From: Desulfobacteraceae bacterium
Lineage (GTDB): Bacteria > Desulfobacterota > Desulfobacteria > Desulfobacterales > JAABSP01
Reading direction: 5' to 3'
NCBI GenBank assembly: GCA_011390065.1
Contig: JAABTD010000008.1
Span: 1-52,588 of the forward strand
DNA: 52,588 bases
Shown here: positions 10,338 through 18,865 of the stretch, one piece after another
Layout: each line of letters starts with the position of its first letter
How positions within the stretch are numbered: the first letter of the stretch is position 1
Notes under the pieces: generated by a model
Database searches by the model: none
Told to the model about the DNA's origin: nothing
What the model saw: the letters and a program-made list of their open reading frames with translations, nothing else
Position numbers and translations under genes: made by a program

Positions 10338-13300
10338 ATGTTGCACCTGATGAAACTGGAAGACAGGATCGTCCTGGACGGAGCCGCGGTCGGAGAGGCG
10401 ATCGATCACGCCATCGACCACGATGCGGTACAGGCCGAAGCGCAGACGGACGCGTCGTTCTTTCCGGATGAGGGGCCTGAAGCGACTGCATTCGCTGAAG
10501 CGGCCGCAGGCGCCGCGGCGCTCCTGGCTGATCCCGAACCTGCGGCGGAGCCGGTGGAGGTGGTGCTGATCTCCGACGACCTCTCCGATGTCGACGCACT
10601 GGCGGACGCCGTCGATCCGGATGCCGAAGTGATCGTCTATGACGCCGACGGGGAGACCGCCGAGGAGGTCCTGGGCCGGGTGACCGCCCTTTCGGAGGAA
10701 TTGGGTCGCCCCATCGAATCCGTCACCATCCTCTCCCATGGCGGCGACGGGACGTTCCGCCTGGGCGCCGACGATATCTCGGCGGACACATTCGGCGACG
10801 CTGAAGGGGCATGGCGACAGTTGGGCTCGGTGCTGGCGGAGGAAGGACAGATCTATATCTATGGGTGCAGCGTCTCCGGGTCCGGCCATGACCTGCTGAC
10901 CTCCCTGGCCGACGCCACCGGCGCCAGCGTTTACGCTTCCGACGACGTGACGGGCGCGGGCGGGGACTGGCAGTTGGAGGTCGAAACCGGGCACAGCGCA
11001 GGCGCCGACGCGCCGATCAATATCGCGGCCCTATCCGGCTACACGGGAACCCTGGCCTCTCCCACCATCAGCGGCGCGCCTCCCACAGTTGTTCAACAGG
11101 GCGAGGGCTACAGCTTCACACCCACCGCCGACGATGCGGATGGCGACATCGACCAGTTCATCATTTCCAATCCACCCTCCTGGGCGGATTTCGATCCCCA
11201 GACGGGCGCCCTGTCCGGCACGCCCGGAAACGATGATGTGGGGCAGGACTATTCGGATATCCGAATCGGCGTGGTGGACAGCGAGGGGAACGTCGCCCGG
11301 CTCGATCCCTTTTCCATTACGGTGACCAACGTCAATGATGCCCCCACCATTAGCGGCACGCCCGCGGAAAACATTCAGGAGGGGCAACTCTACTCCTTCA
11401 CGCCCAACGCCGCTGATCCCGATTTCAAGGTGGACCCCGACGAGGAGCTGACCTTCAGCATCGACCTGGACGCGGGCGCGCTGCCCGCTTGGCTGGCTTT
11501 CGACGCCGCCACGGGCCGGTTGCAGGGGACGCCGCCGGTGGGACTGGCGGATACGACCTATTCCAATATCGTTATCAGGGTCACGGATGCGGCCGGCGTA
11601 TCCGCTTCTTTGAGCGCCTTCGACATCACGGTGACGCAGCTCAATACCGAGCCCACCATATCGTTACCCGCCGGGAGCGATCCGACAACCGCCACGGAAG
11701 ACAGCCTCTATTCCTTCACCCCCCTCGCGGACGATGCGGAGGACCCGGACAGCGCCCTGAGATTCAGCATTTCCAATCAGCCGAGCTGGGCGAATTTCAA
11801 CGAATTGACCGGACAACTGTCCGGAACGCCGGACAACAGCGATGTGGGCGATTATAACAACATCGTCATTACTGTCGTAGATTCCGGAGGGCTCAGCTCT
11901 TCGTTGGCGCCCTTCGACATCACAGTGGCTAATGACCCGGATGCACCGACCATCAGCGGCACCCCCGCGAAAACGATTCAGGAAGGGACCGACTTCAGCT
12001 TCACCCCCACGATCACCGATCCGGATGCAAATGAATCGTTCGATTTCTCCCTGCGATGGGGAACTGAGCCGGCGCCGCCCGCCTGGGTGACGTTCAATCC
12101 GGACACCGGCGCCATCAGCGGCACGCCGGCGGATGCCGATACCGGCCAGTACAATGATATCGAAATTACCGTGACGGATAAAGACGGGTTGACCGACTCG
12201 ATGACATTCGACCTCACTGTCGTTGATAAAAACAACACCCCCACCATCAGCGGCACGCCGGATATGAGCATCGATCAGGGCGAAGCCTACAGTTTTACCC
12301 CCACCGCCGACGATGTGGACGGGGATGCGCTGGAGTTCAGCATTTCCAACCTGCCGGCGTGGGCGGATTTCGATCCCACCGACGGTACACTCTCAGGCAC
12401 GCCGGAAAACAGCGATGTGGGGCTGTATGAGGACATCGCCATCACAGTGACCGATGAGACCGGATTGAGCGCCACCCTGTCCTCTTTCAGCATCACGGTC
12501 AATAATGTCAACGATGCCCCCAGGATCACCGGAACATCGAGGCAAACCGTCCAGGAGAACTCGGATTACAGCTTCACCCCGACCGTAAGTGATATCGATA
12601 TGCAGGTCGACCCTCAGTTCTACCAGGAAGAGTTGACCTTTTCGATTAACCAGGAAGCATTGCCGGGGTGGCTCAGCTTCAACCCGGAAACTGGAACCCT
12701 GTCGGGGACGCCGACTCCTGATGATCAGGGGCTTACCGATCCCATAACAATTACTGTAGAAGACAAGGCCGGGGCGACGGCGCAATTGACATTTCAGATC
12801 AACGTGGTTCCGCTGAATACGCCGCCGACCATTGAAGGAACGCCGGACGTCACCGTCGACCAAGGCGAGACCTATCGTTTCATTCCTCAGAATGTGTCTG
12901 ATCTGGAGGATCCGGATGAATTTTTGAGGTTCAGTATATCCAATCAGCCCGCCTGGGCTGAATTTAACCAGGAAACCGGAGAACTGTCCGGGGCCCCCAC
13001 CAACGACGACGTCGGCATTTATCGGGACATCGTCATTACGGTGACCGACACCGGCGGCTTGGGCACTTCACTGGACCCGTTCACTCTTGAGGTCGTCAAT
13101 GTCAATGACGACCCGGGAATCAAGGGCGTACCCCAGAACAAAATCCGGATTGGCAATGAATACGTTTTCATCCCTACAGGGTTTGACGTCGACCTGAATC
13201 AGAGAGCCGGCGATGTGCCCGGCATCATCGATCCGGATGAGACCCTTCGGTTCGAGATCGAAAATCTGCCGCCCTGGGCGACATTCGACGAGACCACAGG

Positions 13301-15020
13301 TCAGATTCTCGGCACACCCGATATGGACAATTTAGGCGCTGAATACCTGGTGGATGATCAGACCAACATCGTCGCGCGTTATCCCATTACCATTACCGTG
13401 ATCGACGCCGATGGGGCCACCGCAGAACTTGTATACAATCTCGATGTGATCGCCGGCGGACCGAACCTGGGTCCGGGAAATACCGCCGAGTACATAGAAA
13501 ACGGCGATCCTCTGCTCGTCCATGATCTTATCACCATTGAAAACAGCGCCGGCATCAACATCACCGGATCAACCATTCAGATTTCAGATGGTTATCAGAT
13601 GGACCCCGACAGCGCCGACAAACTGCTGTTTGGCGGGATGGGGGCGGGCGACAATCAGTTCGCCCTGGTCTTTGATGATACGGGCAATGCCATAACCGGC
13701 GTTTGGGATGCAACCACTGGCGTCTTGACGCTCGACGGCAGGGCTACGGCGGCGGAATACGAGACGGCGCTGCGCTCCGTCAGATATGTCCATATCGGAG
13801 AGGATCCGGTTGATGGCGCGCGTGAACTGACCTATACGCTTACCGATGCACTGGGCGACACCTTTACGTCCGCAGATGATCCCGCCGTTCAGTTCATCGT
13901 CGATGTGGACGCCATCAACGATGCCCCTGACCTTGAACCCGAGACCCGGACGATTTTCTACACCGGGACCGGCGAGATCGTATCGGTCGCGCCTGAAATC
14001 ACTTTGACGGATGTGGACGATGAGCAGATGACCCGGGCCGTCATCACGATTTCCGACGGCACATTTCGCGCGGGCGAAGACGTCCTCGATTTCGCCGCAA
14101 CCGACGGCATCATCGGCGTTTGGGATGCCGCGTCAGGGACCCTGACATTGACGGCGTCGGGCGGGACGGCCGACATCAACACATTCCAGAATGCATTGCG
14201 GACCGTGACCTACCAGAACATCAGCGGTTCCCCGGATCAGGGCGTCCGGAACGTCACCATCACCGTTACTGACAATAATTCCGGAGGAGACGGCTCGGGA
14301 AGGCTGTTTGGCGCACAGGAATTGGGCGGCCCCATGAGCGATGATGTCCAGCGAGCGCTTAATGTCTCCATCTCGCCTCCTCACCGTCCCCCCTACGAAC
14401 CGCCCCCCTTCGAACGCCCCCCCTTCGAGCCCATCAGCCGGCCCGAAGGCGAAGGCCCCGACGGGCCGGGTCTCGGCCCGGTCAACTTCCCCGGCGACGT
14501 CCAGGACACCGGCCAATTACAGGATGTGGTCCGTGCATTGTCCGCCCCCTGCGGCGACGACGTGCTCTACGAGTGCTGCACACTGGAGGAAGCCCTGCGC
14601 ATCGGGTGCCGTTTCGCTCCGGCCATCGATCCCGATTCCCGACTGTGCAACATCACCTGGGACTATATGACCAACAGCCTGGGATGGGAAGATCCCTTTG
14701 TTCCCCGCATCGACGGTCGATATTTTAACGAAGAACTCGACCTGTTCAACCGGCTGTTTATGAAGGATGTGGAAGGCGATCCCGGCTTTCACCTTGAACC
14801 CGGCGCCTTTGCCGAGGCCTTCGGCATGACGGAAGAGGTTGAATTCGCAAAGTATAACCGGGATGAAGAACACGATGTCTATTCCCAGTTCTCCATGCAG
14901 GAAGCCCAGGGCTTCAACGACATGGCCCCCGGCGAACTGAAGGCAGCCTTTTTCAAGGGACGGGAAGGACTGGATAAGCCGTCCCGGTGGGATAACGACA
15001 GTGATGCCAGCGAGTGCTGA
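10338..15020 (+). CDS. Large repetitive exported/surface protein: LEPRxLL-type N-terminal motif, DUF4347, 8 He_PIG/dystroglycan-type cadherin-like repeats, 2 larger Ig-like repeats, Pro linker, Cys-containing C-terminal domain
   Basis: GGAGGAG RBS and N-terminal LEDRIVLDG. DUF4347 motifs ILSHG, IYIYGC and ASDDVTGAGGDWQLE. Repeats NxxPTISGTP..YSFTP..W..F...TG.LSGTP. No Sec signal peptide and no RTX nonapeptides seen. Confidence 0.88.
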   Translation: MLHLMKLEDRIVLDGAAVGEAIDHAIDHDAVQAEAQTDASFFPDEGPEATAFAEAAAGAAALLADPEPAAEPVEVVLISDDLSDVDALADAVDPDAEVIVYDADGETAEEVLGRVTALSEELGRPIESVTILSHGGDGTFRLGADDISADTFGDAEGAWRQLGSVLAEEGQIYIYGCSVSGSGHDLLTSLADATGASVYASDDVTGAGGDWQLEVETGHSAGADAPINIAALSGYTGTLASPTISGAPPTVVQQGEGYSFTPTADDADGDIDQFIISNPPSWADFDPQTGALSGTPGNDDVGQDYSDIRIGVVDSEGNVARLDPFSITVTNVNDAPTISGTPAENIQEGQLYSFTPNAADPDFKVDPDEELTFSIDLDAGALPAWLAFDAATGRLQGTPPVGLADTTYSNIVIRVTDAAGVSASLSAFDITVTQLNTEPTISLPAGSDPTTATEDSLYSFTPLADDAEDPDSALRFSISNQPSWANFNELTGQLSGTPDNSDVGDYNNIVITVVDSGGLSSSLAPFDITVANDPDAPTISGTPAKTIQEGTDFSFTPTITDPDANESFDFSLRWGTEPAPPAWVTFNPDTGAISGTPADADTGQYNDIEITVTDKDGLTDSMTFDLTVVDKNNTPTISGTPDMSIDQGEAYSFTPTADDVDGDALEFSISNLPAWADFDPTDGTLSGTPENSDVGLYEDIAITVTDETGLSATLSSFSITVNNVNDAPRITGTSRQTVQENSDYSFTPTVSDIDMQVDPQFYQEELTFSINQEALPGWLSFNPETGTLSGTPTPDDQGLTDPITITVEDKAGATAQLTFQINVVPLNTPPTIEGTPDVTVDQGETYRFIPQNVSDLEDPDEFLRFSISNQPAWAEFNQETGELSGAPTNDDVGIYRDIVITVTDTGGLGTSLDPFTLEVVNVNDDPGIKGVPQNKIRIGNEYVFIPTGFDVDLNQRAGDVPGIIDPDETLRFEIENLPPWATFDETTGQILGTPDMDNLGAEYLVDDQTNIVARYPITITVIDADGATAELVYNLDVIAGGPNLGPGNTAEYIENGDPLLVHDLITIENSAGINITGSTIQISDGYQMDPDSADKLLFGGMGAGDNQFALVFDDTGNAITGVWDATTGVLTLDGRATAAEYETALRSVRYVHIGEDPVDGARELTYTLTDALGDTFTSADDPAVQFIVDVDAINDAPDLEPETRTIFYTGTGEIVSVAPEITLTDVDDEQMTRAVITISDGTFRAGEDVLDFAATDGIIGVWDAASGTLTLTASGGTADINTFQNALRTVTYQNISGSPDQGVRNVTITVTDNNSGGDGSGRLFGAQELGGPMSDDVQRALNVSISPPHRPPYEPPPFERPPFEPISRPEGEGPDGPGLGPVNFPGDVQDTGQLQDVVRALSAPCGDDVLYECCTLEEALRIGCRFAPAIDPDSRLCNITWDYMTNSLGWEDPFVPRIDGRYFNEELDLFNRLFMKDVEGDPGFHLEPGAFAEAFGMTEEVEFAKYNRDEEHDVYSQFSMQEAQGFNDMAPGELKAAFFKGREGLDKPSRWDNDSDASEC
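11058..13460 (+). repeat. Eight tandem ~95-115 aa Ig/cadherin-like repeats within the large protein
   Basis: The translation shows recurring PTISGTP / YSFTP / PxWxxFxxxTG / ITVTD motifs. Boundaries are approximate. Confidence 0.9.
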
Positions 15021-15060
15021 TGTAACACTTTTTGAACATTGACGATTGTTGTGTTTTAAG

Positions 15061-15101
15061 GGGAGTTCAGGATCATTGTGTTTGTTCCTGAACTCCCTTT
15101 T
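15061..15101 (+). terminator. Intrinsic terminator after the large repeat protein
   Basis: 12-bp stem GGGAGTTCAGGA (15061-15072) / TCCTGAACTCCC (15086-15097), followed by TTTT. Confidence 0.75.
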
Positions 15102-15268
15102 GTTCAAGCTTTCGGCAAGGAATTAAAAGCTAAACATTAAGAAAAAAGTTGATTTTTAAAAAATTAGGAAAAATTTTAAAAACAGATATATGAAATCAGG
15201 ATAGAACGTCGTGCCAAAAAAAAACTCAAACATAACATACGGATAATTAAAGAATTTTTGCTTTTATC

Positions 15269-15547
15269 ATGAAAGTTAACCTTACAAATAAATATTTTCT
15301 TTATCGACTGAGAGTAAGGGAATATGAGTTAGAAAAAGTTGAATCGATTTTAAGAACATCTTCAGAGGTTTATTTTGATAGCGACACTGGGCGCAATATT
15401 AAGGTTGGCAAACATGACAATGTTTTGATTATTGTTGCGTATGATGTCGAACAAGATGGCTCAACAACACCTGTGACAGTTTATCAAACTTCCCGAAAAC
15501 AAATAAATTATTACCTGAAAAAAGAGAGGTTCCATGTCAAAGCATAA
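15269..15547 (+). CDS. DUF4258/BrnT-like putative toxin (RelE-fold RNase)
   Basis: 92 aa, basic and AT-rich, with LIIVAYDVE...TPVTVY. It overlaps a downstream DUF2283 gene, a typical TA arrangement. Confidence 0.65.
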   Translation: MKVNLTNKYFLYRLRVREYELEKVESILRTSSEVYFDSDTGRNIKVGKHDNVLIIVAYDVEQDGSTTPVTVYQTSRKQINYYLKKERFHVKA

Positions 15548-15755
15548 AATGAATTATTTTTCCGACGAGGATGTGTTGCACATACTTATAGAAGAAGGAC
15601 GAGAATCGGAATGTCGAGAATTGGCTCCCAATATAACGGCGGAATTGAATGAACGAGGTGAATTGATGGGTATTGAAATCTTAAACGCGAGCGAGTTCAT
15701 ACAAAATATTGTGCTTGAACAAGCTGGTTTAAAAGATTTAAAGATGGCAAGCTGA
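15534..15755 (+). CDS. DUF2283 putative antitoxin
   Basis: The pattern YFSDEDVLHI...ITAELNERGELMGIEILNAS matches DUF2283; 73 aa, acidic. Confidence 0.85.
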   Translation: MSKHKMNYFSDEDVLHILIEEGRESECRELAPNITAELNERGELMGIEILNASEFIQNIVLEQAGLKDLKMAS

Positions 15756-15912
15756 TTATGGAATGCGCAATTAAAAGCTCGCAATATTGTAAAGAATTTT
15801 CCAAAGAATCGTTTGAAAGCCAAATTATTGCCGACCCTCCGTTATATCCGCAAATCAGCGCCGCGGACAGGCGAACGCTGAGGCGGTCGGAATGGGAAGA
15901 AGTTGATTTCGG

Positions 15913-18057
15913 GTGAAAGAAGCACCCAAAAAACTCAAAGACCACCTCAAAACCCCCTGGCGCGGCCTCCGCCGGGACCTGATCCTCCATCCCGGTCCTT
16001 TGGACCGCGACGGCCACCGCTCCTGGGTCCTGGAAGATCCGGTCCGCGGCAACAACTATCGTCTGGGGTATGCGGAAGGGGAGCTGATCTACCGGCTCAC
16101 CGTGGAGCCCGACCTGGACAAGGCCGTGGCCAATCTCTACGCCACTACGCCCCTGCGTCCGTCCGTCGAGGAGATCCTCTCTTTCATCACCATGCTCCAG
16201 AACGAATCGCTGGCGCGGCTCTCGGAAGAAGAAGTGGTGAGACGGGAGTCCGCCCCGGGAGCGGGCCGAAAGCCGTCTTTTTTTCAACGCATTCTCCAGG
16301 GCGCCATTTTTTTTCGCGTCCCCCTCATCCGGCCGGACCGGTTTCTGAGCCGGACGCTTCCCTACGTCTCAACCCTCTGGTCCCCGGCGGCCCGGTGGTG
16401 TTATCTTTTGATCGGTCTGTTCGGTTTGATCCTCACCCTGCCGGAACTGGAACTCTACCTCTCCACCGTCAATTATCTGTTTACGCCCCAGGGGGCCGCG
16501 GCCTTTGTCCTGTGTCTGGCACTGCTGAAGATCGGCCATGAATTCGCCCACGGCTTTGCGGGCAAGGCCATGGGGCTCCACATCCGCTCCATGGGGATCT
16601 TCTTCATTGTGTTCTGGCCACTGCTCTATACCGACACCACCGATGCCTGGAAGATCCCCGACCGGCGGCGGCGGATGTGGATCAGCGGGGCCGGGGTCCT
16701 CTTTGAACTCACGGTGGCGGGCATGGCCCTTTTTCTCTGGGCTCTCCTGCCGGACGGCATCTTCCGGAGCCTGATGTTCTTTCTCTCCGGGACCTCGCTC
16801 GTCTCATCGGTCCTGATCAATCTCAACCCTTTCATGCGGTACGACGGCTATTACCTGCTCATGGACTGGTGGGGCATCGACAACCTCCGGTCACGGGCAT
16901 TCGCCATGCTGCGCCATGCCCTGCGGCGAAAGCTGCTGGGGTGGAAAGGACCGATCCCGGAAATTCATCCCCATCGCCGGAGCTTGATCGTTTATGCCGT
17001 TTTCGCCCTCATCTACCGGCTTTTCGTGGGGATCGCCATTGCCCTGGCGGTTTATTACCTCTTTTTCCCGGCCCTGGGGGTGCTTGTTTTCCTCGTGGAG
17101 ATATGGATGTTTTTTGTCCGGCCCGGCATCGGCGAAGTCAAGGCGGTGATCCAGAACCGGCATCTCATCGGATCCAAAACCCGGACGGCGGCCACCGGCA
17201 TTGCCGCAGCTTTATTGGTGGCGCTGGTTTTCGCGCCCCTGCCCCGTTTCCAGCACCTGCCCGGCCTGCTGCTTTATCACAACGCCTCGGCGGTGACCGC
17301 GCCAGCGGACGGGCGGATCGCCGCTCCCATGCCGGCTGAGAACCGGGCCGTAGATTTCGGCGAGCGGATCATCCACATCGAAAACGATCAGTTGCGCCAT
17401 GATGCCGACAACCTGAAGTTCGATCTGGATTCACTCCAGGCCCGGCTTCGGTCGGTGGGCGGCGGGGGGGAGCAGGGCGCCTACCGGGCCTGGCTCCAGG
17501 CGGAACTCTTTCGGGTGGAAGCGGCCAAAGAAAAGCTGGATGAAGCCATTGCCATGCTGGAGATCCACGCCCCGCTGGGCGGCCGCATCACGGATGTCAA
17601 CCCGGACCTTTACCAGGGCGCTTTTGTAAGCAAGGGGACGTATCTGTTTTCCGTCGGAACCCCCCGACACTGGGAGCTGGAGGCCTACGCCCATGAGGGG
17701 AAGGCTGCTCATCTGAAGGATGAGATCGACGCTTCGGTGAGGGTTCGATTGCCGAACCCGGAGGCGCCGGCGATCCGCGCCAGATTCCGGAACCGGAGTC
17801 GATTTCCGGTTTATCGGCTTCCCAACGAGAGTCTCCTGGATGTGGCCGGGGGGCCCATTGTTTCAGATGGGGATCGGAATGGAAATCGTCCCAAAGACGC
17901 GCATTTCGCCCTTGCTTTCGATATCCTTCAACCGCTTCCGGAATGGCTGCCCCACGGGACCCCCTGCTGGATCTGGCTCCGGGGCGAAAGCGGGTCGCTG
18001 GCGGGACGGTTTCTGGGCGACCTGTGGCGGAATGTGACCGAAAGAGGACTTTTTTAA
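15913..18057 (+). CDS. Site-2 protease (peptidase M50) fused to a HlyD-type membrane-fusion (biotinyl-lipoyl/coiled-coil/beta-barrel) domain
   Basis: HEFAH (HExxH, 16537-16551) and NLNPFMRYDG (NxxPxxxxDG) lie in a multi-TM region. The C-terminal half has VTAPADGRI...IHAPLGGRI lipoyl half-motifs around a coiled coil. Confidence 0.85.
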   Translation: MKEAPKKLKDHLKTPWRGLRRDLILHPGPLDRDGHRSWVLEDPVRGNNYRLGYAEGELIYRLTVEPDLDKAVANLYATTPLRPSVEEILSFITMLQNESLARLSEEEVVRRESAPGAGRKPSFFQRILQGAIFFRVPLIRPDRFLSRTLPYVSTLWSPAARWCYLLIGLFGLILTLPELELYLSTVNYLFTPQGAAAFVLCLALLKIGHEFAHGFAGKAMGLHIRSMGIFFIVFWPLLYTDTTDAWKIPDRRRRMWISGAGVLFELTVAGMALFLWALLPDGIFRSLMFFLSGTSLVSSVLINLNPFMRYDGYYLLMDWWGIDNLRSRAFAMLRHALRRKLLGWKGPIPEIHPHRRSLIVYAVFALIYRLFVGIAIALAVYYLFFPALGVLVFLVEIWMFFVRPGIGEVKAVIQNRHLIGSKTRTAATGIAAALLVALVFAPLPRFQHLPGLLLYHNASAVTAPADGRIAAPMPAENRAVDFGERIIHIENDQLRHDADNLKFDLDSLQARLRSVGGGGEQGAYRAWLQAELFRVEAAKEKLDEAIAMLEIHAPLGGRITDVNPDLYQGAFVSKGTYLFSVGTPRHWELEAYAHEGKAAHLKDEIDASVRVRLPNPEAPAIRARFRNRSRFPVYRLPNESLLDVAGGPIVSDGDRNGNRPKDAHFALAFDILQPLPEWLPHGTPCWIWLRGESGSLAGRFLGDLWRNVTERGLF

Positions 18058-18088
18058 CAGTGGCGGAAACACACGATCAAGGAAAGGC

Positions 18089-18865
18089 GTGAAAGATATG
18101 AAACAGCGATGGAAGGTCATTTTTACGGCAATGATTCTGGCGACCTGGGGATTGTCTTCCGCCCTTACGGCGACAGCCCAGCTTCAGGAAGGTCAGGAAA
18201 CGGCATCCGGCGAGGCCTATCCGGCCATCTTCGAAGCGACCCGGCAGGCGGTGCTGTCCGCGGAACGCGCCGGAGTGCTCAGCAGCCTCGCTTACGAGGT
18301 GGGATCAACCGTCAAAAAAGGAGAGATCATCGCTCAGGTGGAAACCGGCGAACTGGCCCTGCAGAAAAAACGGGCCGAACTTTCCCGCAAACACCTGGGC
18401 GTCAAAGTGGACAATCTGACCCGGCTCAGCAAACAGGGGCTGGCGACCAACGAAGAAGTGGCCGAGGCCCGCATGCAGCGGGACGTGGTCCGGACCGACA
18501 TCGACATCATCCAGCGTCAGATCGCCAACTCCTACATCCGCGCGCCTTACGCCTGCATCGTGGTCCGCCGTCACGTTCAACCCCACGAGTGGGTGACTGC
18601 CGGTCAGCCGGTGGTGGAAGTGGTGGACATAAAGCAACTGCGGGCCGTGGCCAATATCCCGTCCGCTTCGGCAGTGCGGTTGAACACCGGCGATGAGCAT
18701 TCCTTTTACGTTCATGATCTCGACAGAACCGTGACCGGCGTCGTCCGGGCGGTGGTTCCGGTGGTGGACGAATTGAGCAATACGGCCGAGGTGGTCTGGA
18801 CGATCCAGGAGACCGGGGACGCCCTGCTTTCCGGCATGAAGGGGGAAGTGCTCATTGACCGCTAG
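18089..18865 (+). CDS. Efflux periplasmic adaptor (membrane fusion protein)
   Basis: N-terminal signal/anchor; LSAERAGVL..GSTVKKGEIIA, IRAPYACIV and LLSGMKGEV motifs. Alternative start ATG 18098. Confidence 0.88.
   Translation: MKDMKQRWKVIFTAMILATWGLSSALTATAQLQEGQETASGEAYPAIFEATRQAVLSAERAGVLSSLAYEVGSTVKKGEIIAQVETGELALQKKRAELSRKHLGVKVDNLTRLSKQGLATNEEVAEARMQRDVVRTDIDIIQRQIANSYIRAPYACIVVRRHVQPHEWVTAGQPVVEVVDIKQLRAVANIPSASAVRLNTGDEHSFYVHDLDRTVTGVVRAVVPVVDELSNTAEVVWTIQETGDALLSGMKGEVLIDR

Noticed and set aside
15200-15218. TGGCAC on the minus strand, a possible sigma-54 promoter
   Set aside because: The -12 position reads TCTA rather than TTGC, and there is no gene to drive in that direction.
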